64,000 bases of DNA from Gemmatimonadales bacterium. GTDB taxonomy: Bacteria > Gemmatimonadota > Glassbacteria > GWA2-58-10. The first letter of the stretch is position 1. Each line of letters opens with the position of its first letter. The notes beneath the pieces were generated by a model. That model had not been told where the DNA came from and did no database searches. It saw only the letters and a program-made list of their open reading frames with translations. The DNA is taken from positions 41,036 to 105,035 of the forward strand of contig JAJRTS010000006.1 of NCBI GenBank assembly GCA_024278175.1, in the 5' to 3' direction. Both the position numbers and the translations under genes were made by a program. Shown here in pieces: positions 1 to 9,887 of this stretch.

Positions 1-821
1 TCGCCACCGGCGGCCGCCCGGACAGGATCGCCGGGCTGGACAATTTCTGCTGGCCCGATCCGGTCGAGTCGATCAAGACGCCCGACGGCCGCTACAAGCT
101 GGCCCAGTTGGTGCGCGCCTGCCAGGCGGTTTACGATTGCTGCACGGCCTGGGGCGTGCCCTGTATCAGCGGCAAGGACAGCATGAAGAACGATTACGGC
201 AGCGGGGAGACGAAAATCTCGATCCCGCCCACACTGCTCTTTACCGCCGTGGGCCTGATCGACGACATCTCACGCGCTGTCACCACCGATTTCAAGCGCC
301 CCGGCGATCTGGTTTACGTGGTGGGCGAAACTTTGCCGGAGCTGGGTTGCAGCGAGTATTTTTCGCTGCTCGGTGCAGTGGGCGGCCAGGTGCCCGTGGT
401 CGATATCGAGCGCTCAAAACTGGCTTTCGAGAAGATGCACGAGGCAATAGCCGCCACTCTGGTGGCCTCCTGCCACGATCTCTCCGATGGCGGCCTGGGA
501 GTCGCTCTGGCGGAGAGCGCACTTGGCGGCGAGTTGGGTGCCAGGGTGGAGATTTCCTCGGTGCCAGGCGCGGAGAACTTCGGCCGCGACGACCTGCTGC
601 TCTTCAGCGAGAGCCAGGGACGGTTCCTGGTCAGTATAAGGCCGGAGAACCGTGGCGAGTTCGAGAGGGTGCTGGGCGGCAAGCTGGCCTGGGGTTGTAT
701 CGGTGAGGTGTGTGATAACGGCCGGCTGGAGATCGAATCGGCCAACATGGTCGGGGGAGCCGCGGTCAGCCTGGAGGTGGAGGAGTTGCGCTCGGCCTGG
801 AGCAGGCCCCTGGACTGGTAG
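1..821 (+). CDS. purL: phosphoribosylformylglycinamidine synthase subunit PurL, C-terminal part (5' end lies outside the window)
   Basis: The frame is open from the window start to the stop at 821. The translation contains the ISGKDSMKN motif and an AIR-synthase-related C-terminal domain typical of PurL. Confidence 0.8.
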   Translation, partial: ATGGRPDRIAGLDNFCWPDPVESIKTPDGRYKLAQLVRACQAVYDCCTAWGVPCISGKDSMKNDYGSGETKISIPPTLLFTAVGLIDDISRAVTTDFKRPGDLVYVVGETLPELGCSEYFSLLGAVGGQVPVVDIERSKLAFEKMHEAIAATLVASCHDLSDGGLGVALAESALGGELGARVEISSVPGAENFGRDDLLLFSESQGRFLVSIRPENRGEFERVLGGKLAWGCIGEVCDNGRLEIESANMVGGAAVSLEVEELRSAWSRPLDW

Positions 822-902
822 GCATAATTTACCAGGCGGGCGGAAAATTATTCCCCTGCCCGTTATGGCGGTTGCTGGCGGTGGCCGGAAGCCGGGCCGG
901 TT

Positions 903-1085
903 TCAGACCTGGATGCTCGAAAGGCCGAGCACGATCAGGAACAGGCCGATAAGCGCGAGGAAATACAGCAGAGACCCGATATTATGGGTTCCCTCCTGCT
1001 TGAAGTCGCGCCACACGTTTTTGATGAATGTGGTCACGGTAGCGGTGCCGTCCGTGCGTTGGTGTATGGAATTGGAAGTGTTCAC
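903..1085 (-). CDS. possible small single-pass membrane protein (60 aa), GTG start
   Basis: The ORF has a hydrophobic C-terminal segment (IGSLLYFLALIGLFLIVLGL) and GC-rich third codon positions. It sits in the purL-purQ spacer on the opposite strand. No clear RBS, so the call is weak. Confidence 0.25.
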   Translation of the reverse strand: MNTSNSIHQRTDGTATVTTFIKNVWRDFKQEGTHNIGSLLYFLALIGLFLIVLGLSSIQV

Positions 1086-1159
1086 GGTTTGCAGTAGCGC
1101 ATTTTTCGTACCAGGTAAAATGACTGATCAATTAATCAAGCAAGTCAGGGAGAGCCTGC

Positions 1160-1942
1160 ATGGCCACACCCAGGGTGATAGTGTTGACGGGGTTCGGGAT
1201 CAATTGCGATTACGAGACCGAGGATGCGTTCAATAGCGCCGGCGCGATGGCGACGCGGGTGCACGTTAACGAGCTGATCAACAATCCTTCGCTGCTGGCC
1301 GGCTACCAGGTGCTGGCCCTGCCGGGCGGGTTCAGTTTCGGTGACGATCTGGGCAGCGGCAAAATACTGGCCAACAAGCTCAAGTACCGTTTAGGCGACG
1401 CTCTGCTGGAGTTCCTGCGGGCGGATAAGCTGGTGATGGGGATCTGTAACGGCTTCCAGGTGCTGGTGCAACTGGGCCTGCTGCCCGGCGGGGTCGAGGG
1501 TGGCCTGCGCCAGAGCGCTACGGTTACGTTCAACGACAGCGGCAAGTTCGAAGACCGCTGGGTGAGTCTGGAGGTCAGCCCGGAGAGTCCCTGCGTGTTT
1601 ACCCGCGGCTTGGAGCGAGTCGAGTTGCCGGTGCGTCACGGCGAGGGGAAATTCTTCAGCGCCGAGGGCGACCGGCTTCAGCGCCTCGCGGACGACCATC
1701 TGGTGACCCTGCGCTACACCAATCCCGACCACACGCGCCCGGCGCGCTACCCTTTCAACCCCAACGGCTCGCTGGACGACATTGCCGGGGTTTGCGACCC
1801 CAGCGGCCGGGTGTTCGGTCTGATGCCGCATCCCGAGGCGTTTACCAGCCGCTGCCATCACCCCCGCTGGACCCGGGAGGGAATAGAGGAGCCGGGGCAG
1901 GGGCTCGTTTTTTTCCAGAACGCTGTCCGCTACTATTGCTGA
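1160..1942 (+). CDS. purQ: phosphoribosylformylglycinamidine synthase I, glutamine amidotransferase PurQ
   Basis: Class-I GATase domain (GICNGFQVL catalytic Cys, HPE). It lies immediately downstream of purL. Confidence 0.85.
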   Translation: MATPRVIVLTGFGINCDYETEDAFNSAGAMATRVHVNELINNPSLLAGYQVLALPGGFSFGDDLGSGKILANKLKYRLGDALLEFLRADKLVMGICNGFQVLVQLGLLPGGVEGGLRQSATVTFNDSGKFEDRWVSLEVSPESPCVFTRGLERVELPVRHGEGKFFSAEGDRLQRLADDHLVTLRYTNPDHTRPARYPFNPNGSLDDIAGVCDPSGRVFGLMPHPEAFTSRCHHPRWTREGIEEPGQGLVFFQNAVRYYC

Positions 1943-1946
1943 GTCC

Positions 1947-2153
1947 AGCGTGTTGAAAAATAATAATATCAGGAAAAAAAGGCTGTCAAGGGCCGTTGCT
2001 AAGCACAATGAATCAGCAACCATTTTTAAAATGTCAAAGCTGATAACAATGGATTGTTCAGTATGTGAGCATAGAAACGGCTTGTCTTGCCCTTGACAGC
2101 CGCACAAACGATAAATTTCATCTTGGGGCGTTGAGGCCTTCTTTCAACGCCCC
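1947..2153 (-). mobile_element. MITE-like repeat, copy 1 (inverted orientation relative to copies 2 and 3)
   Basis: Terminal hairpin ggggcgttgaggccttctttcaacgcccc at 2124-2152. Internal inverted subrepeats ctgtcaagggccgtt (1983-1997) and aacggcttgtcttgcccttgacag (2075-2098). The other end is agcgtgttgaaaaa at 1947. Homologous to 14672-14880 and 24179-24385. Confidence 0.6.
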
Positions 2154-2162
2154 TCCAGCGTC

Positions 2163-2954
2163 GTGCGCGTTCATTTTTCCGCTGAGTTTCCGATGGCTTT
2201 CCCGGCCTGGTTCGATCAAAAATTCGGTCCCCATACAGTGCCGCTTTACCGCGACGAGGTCCGCAACACGGACGCCCAGGTGGAGACCCTGGCCGGCGTG
2301 GCCGGTTCCGCTGCCGCCGGGCCGCTGCTGGACCTGTGTTGCGGCTGGGGCCGTCACGCCCTGGCACTGGCGCGCCGGGGATACCGCGTGGTGGGCCTGG
2401 ACGGATCGAGATATTTCCTTGAAAAACTCTCGGCGGAGATAACGCCCGCTGACCGCCTTCGCCTTGCGCCGGTGCGGGGCGACATGCGTTGCATCCCGTT
2501 GGCGGCCGGTTCGATGGCCTCAGTGTTCCAGATGTACACTTCTTTCGGTTACGGCACGGCCGCCCCGGACGACATGGAAGTGCTCTCTGGTGTTTACCGG
2601 GTGCTCAAGCCCGGCGGTTACTACCTGCTGGACATGATCAACTGGACCTTGGCCCGGCGGGCGTTCGACGGGAATTTCGAGGAGGAGTACGAGGAGTTCG
2701 ACGTGGTGGAGCAGTGCCGGATCGATCCACGGGCGGATCTGCTCAGGATCAAGCGCGCCCTGCTCTACCGCGATGGCCGCAGGCCCCATATCTATGAGTT
2801 CGAGATCAGGATGTTCAGCCGCGCCCGCCTGGCGGCCATGCTGGAGGATGCCGGTTTCCGGGTGGTGGATTTCTGGGGCGATTTCAACCGCGGCAGCTAC
2901 AAAGCGGAGCGAAGTTTGCGCATGATCGCTCTCTGCCGCAAGGAGAGTGGCTGA
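2163..2954 (+). CDS. class I SAM-dependent methyltransferase
   Basis: Motif I LDLCCGWGRHALALARRGYRVVGLD and a post-I acidic motif. The true start is probably the Met at 2193 (MAFPAW). Its stop overlaps the next start (ATGA). Confidence 0.75.
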   Translation: MRVHFSAEFPMAFPAWFDQKFGPHTVPLYRDEVRNTDAQVETLAGVAGSAAAGPLLDLCCGWGRHALALARRGYRVVGLDGSRYFLEKLSAEITPADRLRLAPVRGDMRCIPLAAGSMASVFQMYTSFGYGTAAPDDMEVLSGVYRVLKPGGYYLLDMINWTLARRAFDGNFEEEYEEFDVVEQCRIDPRADLLRIKRALLYRDGRRPHIYEFEIRMFSRARLAAMLEDAGFRVVDFWGDFNRGSYKAERSLRMIALCRKESG

Positions 2955-3811
2955 TGGAACCGGCCAGGATGTTGCTGACCGGGGGAAGCGGTTTTCTGGG
3001 CAGCGTGCTGGCCGTGCTTGCCGCCGCTGCCGGTTACCGGGTCTGGGCCACCCACCTGAGTAACCCCGTCCCGGACCGCCGGGGAGTTACGCCCGTAAAA
3101 ATCAACCTGACCGATTATTCGGCGCTGACCGCGCTGGTACGCGAATCGGCCCCCTCGGTGGTGGTCCACACCGCTTACAGCATGAGCGATTCCGCAATCA
3201 ATGCCGGTTGCAGCGGGGAGTTGGCAGCGGCCTGCGCAGCGCTCGCAAGGCCGCCGTTTTTCCTGTATACTTCCACCGACCTTGTTTTCGATGGCCGCAG
3301 GGGGATGTACTCGGAGCGGGATGAGCCGGGGCCGGTTATCGAATACGGCCGTCAGAAGCTGGCGGCCGAGCGGGCGGTGAGCGCAGCCTTGCCGTCGGCG
3401 GCAATAGTGCGGCCCTCGCTGATCTACGACCTGCGGCGCCTGCCCCTGCACCTGGATTTCGCGCTCAAGGCGCAGCGCGGCGGCCGGACGTTCGAGTTTT
3501 TTGCCGATGAGTTCCGCTCTCCCGTGCACGTGGACGACCTGGCGGCGATGATTGTCGAACTCTGCGGCCGTCGCCTTGGCGGCCTCTGGCACGCCGGAGG
3601 CACCGACAGGGTGGACCGCTGGTGGTTCGGCACCCATCTGCTGCGGGCACTGGGTTACCCCGCAAGCATGGCCCGCCGTGGCAGCAGCGCCGCCAGCGCG
3701 AGCCGCCGTCCCGCGGACTGCTCGCTTTGCTCTGCCAAGGCGGCCGGGCAACTGGATACGGCCTTGCGCGGTGCGGTGGAAGTGCTGGGCAAATTCGATG
3801 GAGAAGGGTGA
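2954..3811 (+). CDS. NAD-dependent epimerase/dehydratase family protein (RmlD-like sugar nucleotide reductase)
   Basis: N-terminal Rossmann motif LLTGGSGFLGS and an SDR-extended fold. It is translationally coupled to the upstream methyltransferase. Confidence 0.7.
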   Translation: MEPARMLLTGGSGFLGSVLAVLAAAAGYRVWATHLSNPVPDRRGVTPVKINLTDYSALTALVRESAPSVVVHTAYSMSDSAINAGCSGELAAACAALARPPFFLYTSTDLVFDGRRGMYSERDEPGPVIEYGRQKLAAERAVSAALPSAAIVRPSLIYDLRRLPLHLDFALKAQRGGRTFEFFADEFRSPVHVDDLAAMIVELCGRRLGGLWHAGGTDRVDRWWFGTHLLRALGYPASMARRGSSAASASRRPADCSLCSAKAAGQLDTALRGAVEVLGKFDGEG

Positions 3812-3816
3812 CGCCT

Positions 3817-4458
3817 ATGGATTCGATGGAGCCGTTTGATTTTAAGCCGCTGGAGCGGGACAAGCAGGACGAGATTGTTCAAAGGATAGAGGCGCAGTTG
3901 GCCGGCGACGATCCTGAGGCCGTGCGCAGGGCGGTGTTGGGCCTGGACTGGCTGGAATCCGGCGAGGAGTTTGTGGAGCCCCTGCTCAGGCTGGCCGCCT
4001 CAGATAATGCGGAGCTGGCGAAAATAGCGCTGGAAGGGTTGGCCCGGATCGGCAGTACCCGGGCAGAGCAGCCGCTGGCCAGGCTGGTGCTGGAGCTGAT
4101 TAGTCACTCCCGACCGGGCCATGACGAGGTCCGCGCCGAGGCGATCCGCTGCCTGGGCAAGGTGGGCGGCCGGCAGTGTCCGCGTTTTCTTGAAGAGTTG
4201 ATTGCCAATCCGGCTCCGGCAAGCGATGGGGACCGGGAGGCGGCGGTGGAGGCGCTGGTTTCGCTGGCCGACAGGGGCGTGGAAGGGGTGGCGGACATTA
4301 TCAGGAAACTGGGCGATAAGGCCGCGGCAGAGCTGGCGAAGTCGCTGCAGGCCGCGCTTTGCGAGTTGAACATCCGGCAGTGGGACGAGAAAGGCTACAT
4401 CACGATCGAGGCTGAGCTTGAGGTCGATGGCGAGGGTGACTCCGGCCAGGATAATTGA
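3817..4458 (+). CDS. HEAT / PBS-lyase-like repeat protein
   Basis: Repeated AVRRAV-LG..G, A..AL..LARIG and AIRCLGKVG units (HEAT_2 / PBS lyase-like). The longer ORF from 3622 is a run-in from the previous gene; Met 3817 follows the upstream stop. Confidence 0.6.
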   Translation: MDSMEPFDFKPLERDKQDEIVQRIEAQLAGDDPEAVRRAVLGLDWLESGEEFVEPLLRLAASDNAELAKIALEGLARIGSTRAEQPLARLVLELISHSRPGHDEVRAEAIRCLGKVGGRQCPRFLEELIANPAPASDGDREAAVEALVSLADRGVEGVADIIRKLGDKAAAELAKSLQAALCELNIRQWDEKGYITIEAELEVDGEGDSGQDN

Positions 4459-4511
4459 AAGCCGTGGAGTGGGGGTGTTGGTACGATTATTGCGCCTGAT
4501 GCGGTTCAGAC

Positions 4512-5549
4512 GTGATTTTGCAGCGATTAACCGATTCGGGGAGGAAACTTTTGCCACAGAAAGAGCGGATGGACCTCAACGGCGCCAGTGTACTGATAAC
4601 CGGCGGCACCGGTTCGTTCGGCCAGCGCTGCTGCCGGGTGCTCACTGAGCGATTCGATCTCTCCCGGCTGATCGTGTTCAGCCGTGACGAGACCAAGCAG
4701 TTCGAAATGATGAGCTGGTTGCGCAACGACAAGGTCCGCTATGTTATCGGTGATGTGCGCGACAAGGCCCGGCTGCTGGAGGTCTCCGGCGGCGTGGACG
4801 TGATTATCCACGCAGCCGCGCTCAAACAGGTGCCCCAGGCAGAGTACAATCCATACGAGTACGTAAAGACCAATATCAACGGTACGCAGAACGTGATCGA
4901 CGTGGCCAGCACGGTAGGGGTCAAGCGCGTTATCACCACCAGCACGGACAAGGCTGTCAACCCGCTGAACCATTACGGAGCCACCAAGCTTTGCGCCGAT
5001 AAGCTGTTTATCTCCGCCAATTTCTACAAATCCGCGGGCGGCACGCTGTTCGCCTGCACGAGGATGGGCAACCTGATCGGCAGCCGGGGCAGTGTGATCC
5101 CGCTTTTCCGCAAGATGAGCACACAGGGCAAGGTCACAATCACCGACCCGGCCATGACCCGCTTCTACCTTACCCTGGACGAGGCGGTGGATTTCGTGCT
5201 GGGCAGGTTATGGGACATGCGCGGCGGCGAGATATTCGTTCCGCGCACCGGTACGATGAAGCTTACGGATCTTGTGGAAGCGGTCGCTCCGGGGGCGGAG
5301 GTCGAGGTGGTGGGGAGCAGGCCGGGGGAGAAACTGGACGAGGAACTGATCAGCCGTCACGAGGCACGCCAGACCGTATCGTTCGACGACTATTTCGCCG
5401 TGCTGCCCGACTACGCGGACGTGGCCGCGTATGCCTCGGCCACCGGCGGCGTCACGTTGCCGGAAGGGTTCGAGTACACCAGCACCAACGCAGACAGGTC
5501 GATCACGATTGAGCGGATGCGGGAGATTCTGCTGCGAGAGGGAATTTAG
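4512..5549 (+). CDS. UDP-N-acetylglucosamine 4,6-dehydratase (PseB/FlaA1/CapD-type polysaccharide biosynthesis protein)
   Basis: Contains VLITGGTGSFG, FSRDETKQFEM, DVRD and the TSTDKAVNPLNHYGATK catalytic YxxxK region typical of short PseB/FlaA1. The start is more likely the Met at 4569. Confidence 0.75.
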   Translation: MILQRLTDSGRKLLPQKERMDLNGASVLITGGTGSFGQRCCRVLTERFDLSRLIVFSRDETKQFEMMSWLRNDKVRYVIGDVRDKARLLEVSGGVDVIIHAAALKQVPQAEYNPYEYVKTNINGTQNVIDVASTVGVKRVITTSTDKAVNPLNHYGATKLCADKLFISANFYKSAGGTLFACTRMGNLIGSRGSVIPLFRKMSTQGKVTITDPAMTRFYLTLDEAVDFVLGRLWDMRGGEIFVPRTGTMKLTDLVEAVAPGAEVEVVGSRPGEKLDEELISRHEARQTVSFDDYFAVLPDYADVAAYASATGGVTLPEGFEYTSTNADRSITIERMREILLREGI

Positions 5550-5688
5550 CAGTGCTCTCCCGGGTGCCACAACACTTCTTATACCCCTCAAGGGGCGTGT
5601 CCCCGCGATGGATTATTGGCGGGTAGCGGATTAGATTACCAGCTATGGCCCGTCGTTACATCTCTTTCAGCCCAGGGTCCTGGAACTC

Positions 5689-6741
5689 ATGAGCGCAGAC
5701 AGGCGACCAGGCGTCCGGCCGCTGACGGTGCTGATGTCGGTTTATAACAGCGAGCGCTTTCTGGCCGAGTCCGTGGAAAGTATTCTGGGCCAGACTTTTA
5801 CGGATTTCGAGTTCGTGATTGTCGATGACGGCTCCAGCGACGGCAGCCGGGAGATAATCGAGCGTTACGCCGCTCTTGACAGCCGGATAGTGGTGCTGGC
5901 CAACGAGGAGAATATCGGCCTGACCCGCTCACTCAACCGTGGCCTGGATGTCGCCCGGGGCCACTACCTGGCCCGTCAGGACGCCGACGACGTCAGTCTG
6001 CCCCAGCGGCTGGCCAGACAGGTGGAATACCTGGACAGACATTTGTCGACAGGCCTGATCTGCAGTGGAATTGAGGTGATAGACTGCAACGGCCGGACCC
6101 TGGCAAGGAAACTCCCCCCGGAGTCCGACAGCGGGATCAAGGCCGGGCTGCTGATCAAGAACCATGTGATCTGGCACACCACCGTGATGGCTCGTCTGGC
6201 TGAGATTCACAAGGCGGGAGGATACGATCCGGCGGTTCGCTATGCGCAGGACTATGATCTGTGGTGGCGGATGGGGCGCTCTACCGGATTCGGTGGCCTG
6301 GGCGAGGCGCTGGTTCGCTGGCGCAGCAATCCGGAGGCAATATCGAGCCGTAGCCGCGAGGAGCAGTTGGAAAGTATGTTCGCCACCTCGCTACGTGCGG
6401 TCCGCGAAAGTCTGGACCCTGGCGAGGCTCTGGACGAAGACGCCTACCACAGGTTCTGGCGGGCATATCATGGCAGCGCCGGAGAGATACGCAGCGGAGA
6501 TATCGACCGTCTGGGACCGCTGTGGAAGCTGCTGGCTGAGCGCAAGGAAGAGTTGCCGGAAACTCTGAAAAATCTGGGAAAAACGGTGCAATACCTGCTT
6601 TCCGCCGGGAAATTCGCCGAGGGCTTCCGGCTTTTCGGTGTTATCAGCAGTACGCTGCCCGGTAGTCCACGCATGAGTGCGTTGGTGCCCGGTCTGTTAA
6701 AGGGGGCGGTTAAGGCCGTTTTACCGGGCGGATTGAAATAG
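5689..6741 (+). CDS. family 2 glycosyltransferase
   Basis: GT-A signature SVYNSERFLAESVESILGQTFTDFEFVIVDDGSSDGS and a DAD motif. Confidence 0.8.
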   Translation: MSADRRPGVRPLTVLMSVYNSERFLAESVESILGQTFTDFEFVIVDDGSSDGSREIIERYAALDSRIVVLANEENIGLTRSLNRGLDVARGHYLARQDADDVSLPQRLARQVEYLDRHLSTGLICSGIEVIDCNGRTLARKLPPESDSGIKAGLLIKNHVIWHTTVMARLAEIHKAGGYDPAVRYAQDYDLWWRMGRSTGFGGLGEALVRWRSNPEAISSRSREEQLESMFATSLRAVRESLDPGEALDEDAYHRFWRAYHGSAGEIRSGDIDRLGPLWKLLAERKEELPETLKNLGKTVQYLLSAGKFAEGFRLFGVISSTLPGSPRMSALVPGLLKGAVKAVLPGGLK

Positions 6742-6777
6742 AAAATATATCTGTGTTGTCGGCGGCCGTGGACAGTA

Positions 6778-8766
6778 TTGCCGGTTACGCTGATCGAAAG
6801 CGATATCTCTAGGAAAGAAGCGATGACCCATTATAATTTCAATACGGAAAAGGAAAAAACGAAACAGGATATTTCAATGCGCGAGGTGATCAAATTCCTG
6901 TTCGCGCAACTCAAGCGCTATCCGTTCAGCCTGACGGCGGTTATTGTTTTCAGCATCATAGCCGCGCTTTGCGAACTGCTCAGTATCGCGCTGTTTCTGC
7001 CTATCCTCGAGAGCTTCCGTCCGGAGGCCGCCTCGCATCTCAGCGACAACCTTCGGATCGGGTTTGTCGCCCATTACCTGGCGCAATTCGACCTGCTGGA
7101 CAAGATCAGAATAATCGCAATTATGCTGCTGGTGGTCGAGAGTGGCAAGGCCATGGCAAGATATACCAGCGGCCGGCTGGGGTATAAGTTCAAGATCAAG
7201 GTGGACAAAAACTTGCGCATGATGTGCTTCCACAGCCTGATGGCCGCCGGGCTGAAGTATATCCACCGGGAAAAGATCGCCAACCTGTTTACGATTATTA
7301 ACAATTTCACCGGGCGTACCAGCCAGGTCGTTTACCTTTTTGTCACCATGGTGCCCGATACGTTTCTGGCGCTTGTCAGCTTTTCGATCCTGCTGTCAAT
7401 TTCGGTGAAAATGACTCTTGTCACCTTTTCCTTCTCGCTGATAACTGTCTGGGCGCTGGGGAGTTTGACTAATCTGACCAAGCGGCTGGGGAAAGAGGCC
7501 AACCGGGCCGCCGTGAGGCTTAACCATACCGGGTTCGAGGTCTTGAGCAGCATGATGTTGATCCGTGTGTTCGCCCGGGAAAAAGATGTCGAGAGCAAAT
7601 TCGAGGCAGCGGTGGACGAGGTGCAGGACAAAGCGTACAAAAAAGGTTTGCTGGAGGCCGCGATCAGCCCGCTGGCCACCACCATGCTGGTGCTGATAGT
7701 GGTTATTCTGCTGATCGTATCGACCTATATCCTGCAGGTGGAGGCCGAGTACTGGCTGGAGATGCTGGGCCTGTTCCTTGTCGTCTTCTCGAGGCTGGGC
7801 GGGCCGCTGGGCCGGATCAACCTTCAGCGGACCCAAATAGTCTCAAGCGCCCATGCAGTGCAGACAGTCAAGGAGTTTATCGACCATCAGGACAAGGAAG
7901 TGCTGGTCGAGGGAGACCGCCGGTTCGATACGCTTAATGATGCAATCGAATTCGAGCACGTGCGGTTCAGTTACGACCAGACCGAGGAAGGAGTGCTCAA
8001 GGACGTGTCTTTCAGGATTCCGCGGGGGAAAATGACCGCCATAGTCGGCGGCTCCGGTTCGGGCAAGTCAACGCTGATTGCGCTTATCTCCCGGCTTTAC
8101 GATGTCGATGCGGGCCGGATTCTGGCCGATGGCGTTCCGCTTCAGGATTTCAAGGCGCGTTCGTGGCGCTCGAAAATCGGCATAGTTACCCAGAACACGA
8201 TCCTGTTCAACGACACGCTGCTGGCCAATATCAAATTTGGTAAGCCCGGGGCAACCATGAGGGAGGTCGAGTCGGCGGTCGCCCAGGCTAACGCCGGGGA
8301 TTTTATCTCGCGGATGAGGGATGGCTACCAGACGCTGCTGGGAGACAGGGGAATCAGGCTCTCGGGGGGGCAGGCCCAGCGGGTCGCCATTGCACGGGCC
8401 ATCCTGATCGACCCGCAGATTCTTCTGCTCGACGAGGCGACCAGCGCCCTGGACACAGTCTCCGAGCGTCAGGTCCAGAAGGCGATCGACCAGGTCAGCC
8501 GCAACAGGACTGTCGTGGTGGTGGCTCATCGCCTTTCCACAATCAGGAACGCGGACAATATCCTTGTGCTCGAAGAAGGCCGGCTTGTCGAGCAGGGGAC
8601 ACACACGGAACTGATTGCGAAGCAGGGCGTTTACTGGAAATACGTTCGCATGCAGGATTTGAACGGAGATGTGGAGCACGGGGCCGGCGGACGGGCCTGC
8701 CAGGGCGACGATGAGTCGGTGGAGGAACCGGAGCCGGACGCGCCGGGTTTTCCCGTTCTCGGTTGA
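6778..8766 (+). CDS. ABC transporter ATP-binding/permease (MsbA-like lipid/glycan exporter)
   Basis: Six-TM N-terminal domain followed by an NBD with Walker A GGSGSGKST, signature LSGGQAQRVAIARA and Walker B LLLDEATSALD. The start may be the Met at 6823. Confidence 0.85.
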   Translation: MPVTLIESDISRKEAMTHYNFNTEKEKTKQDISMREVIKFLFAQLKRYPFSLTAVIVFSIIAALCELLSIALFLPILESFRPEAASHLSDNLRIGFVAHYLAQFDLLDKIRIIAIMLLVVESGKAMARYTSGRLGYKFKIKVDKNLRMMCFHSLMAAGLKYIHREKIANLFTIINNFTGRTSQVVYLFVTMVPDTFLALVSFSILLSISVKMTLVTFSFSLITVWALGSLTNLTKRLGKEANRAAVRLNHTGFEVLSSMMLIRVFAREKDVESKFEAAVDEVQDKAYKKGLLEAAISPLATTMLVLIVVILLIVSTYILQVEAEYWLEMLGLFLVVFSRLGGPLGRINLQRTQIVSSAHAVQTVKEFIDHQDKEVLVEGDRRFDTLNDAIEFEHVRFSYDQTEEGVLKDVSFRIPRGKMTAIVGGSGSGKSTLIALISRLYDVDAGRILADGVPLQDFKARSWRSKIGIVTQNTILFNDTLLANIKFGKPGATMREVESAVAQANAGDFISRMRDGYQTLLGDRGIRLSGGQAQRVAIARAILIDPQILLLDEATSALDTVSERQVQKAIDQVSRNRTVVVVAHRLSTIRNADNILVLEEGRLVEQGTHTELIAKQGVYWKYVRMQDLNGDVEHGAGGRACQGDDESVEEPEPDAPGFPVLG

Positions 8767-8799
8767 GCTTGTTCTTTGTCTTAGGTGGAGTGCCGGAAG

Positions 8800-9873
8800 A
8801 TGCGGATAAGTATTAACGCGCGTAAAATCGATGGGCCCTATGGCGGGGTAAACCAGTTCAGCAACGGCCTGGAAAGCTATTTGACCGGCCACGGCCATCA
8901 CGTCTGCCGGGATCTTCCAGCGGGGCTGGATATAATTCTGGTGGTTGTCTCGCAGTCCAGCGCGGCCACGGCGTCGTATACACCGGAGGAAATCGAGGAC
9001 TACGTTGCGCTCAACCCATTGGCGCATGTGGTGCAAAGGGTTAATACCTGCGACGAGCAGCGCGCGGCCCGCCTTGGTGCGACCGAGGCCATTCTGCGGG
9101 TAAACCGGATCGCCGACTTTACCGTGTTCGTCAGCGCATTCATCCGCGACCTGTACGCCGGGCACGGTCTCGACCTGGGCCGCCCCCACAGCGTGATCCT
9201 CTCCGGTGCGGACGAGGTGGTTTTCAACTCCGAAGGCAGGGCTGATCTGCCTGCCGATGGCAAGCTTGGAATAGTCACTCACCACTGGTCGTCGAACGTG
9301 ATGAAAGGATTCGATACCTACGAAAAACTGGATATGCTGCTGGGACAAAGCCCCTGCGATTCGCTGTTCAGTTTTACATATATCGGCAACATGCCGCCGG
9401 GCTTTCGCTTCAGCAACACCAGAGTGCTGGAGCCTGTCAGCGGCGTAGCCCTTGCGGACTGCCTGAGAAGCCACCACCTGTACCTGACAGCGTCCAGGCA
9501 TGAGCCTGGCGGTAACCATTACATCGAGGCCATGCGTTGCGGCCTGCCCGTGCTGTATCTGCAAAGTGGCTCCAGCTCCGAATACTGCGAGCCGTATGGC
9601 GGGCTGGGTTTTACGCCGTTAAATTTTGAAAGTAAACTGCTCGAGTTCAGGGAAATGGCATCGAAACTGCGGCAAAAGGTATTGGCCTGTCCCTATACAA
9701 CCACCTGGATGTCAACTCAGTATCTGGATCTTTTCAACAGCTTGCTGGCCTCGACTCGCGAGGAGCAGCCAGGGAAACCCTCATGGGTGGCCAGGCTGCG
9801 GGTCGGTAGGAATAAATTGCGAAGATTGACCCGTTACCGCCGTCAACAACTGGCTCGCTTACTGGCCCGCTAG
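8800..9873 (+). CDS. GT4-like glycosyltransferase (Glycos_transf_1-type C-terminal domain)
   Basis: The C-terminal motif HEPGGNHYIEAMRCGLPVLY resembles the GT4 E-x7-E region. It is embedded in the glycan cluster. The N-terminal half is divergent. Confidence 0.5.
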   Translation: MRISINARKIDGPYGGVNQFSNGLESYLTGHGHHVCRDLPAGLDIILVVVSQSSAATASYTPEEIEDYVALNPLAHVVQRVNTCDEQRAARLGATEAILRVNRIADFTVFVSAFIRDLYAGHGLDLGRPHSVILSGADEVVFNSEGRADLPADGKLGIVTHHWSSNVMKGFDTYEKLDMLLGQSPCDSLFSFTYIGNMPPGFRFSNTRVLEPVSGVALADCLRSHHLYLTASRHEPGGNHYIEAMRCGLPVLYLQSGSSSEYCEPYGGLGFTPLNFESKLLEFREMASKLRQKVLACPYTTTWMSTQYLDLFNSLLASTREEQPGKPSWVARLRVGRNKLRRLTRYRRQQLARLLAR

Positions 9874-9887
9874 GCCGGGAAAACACC

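Noticed and set aside
8068-9564. 498-aa minus-strand ORF overlapping the ABC exporter 3' end and the GT4-like gene
   Set aside because: It spans two well-supported plus-strand genes and the inter-gene junction. The translation is low complexity.
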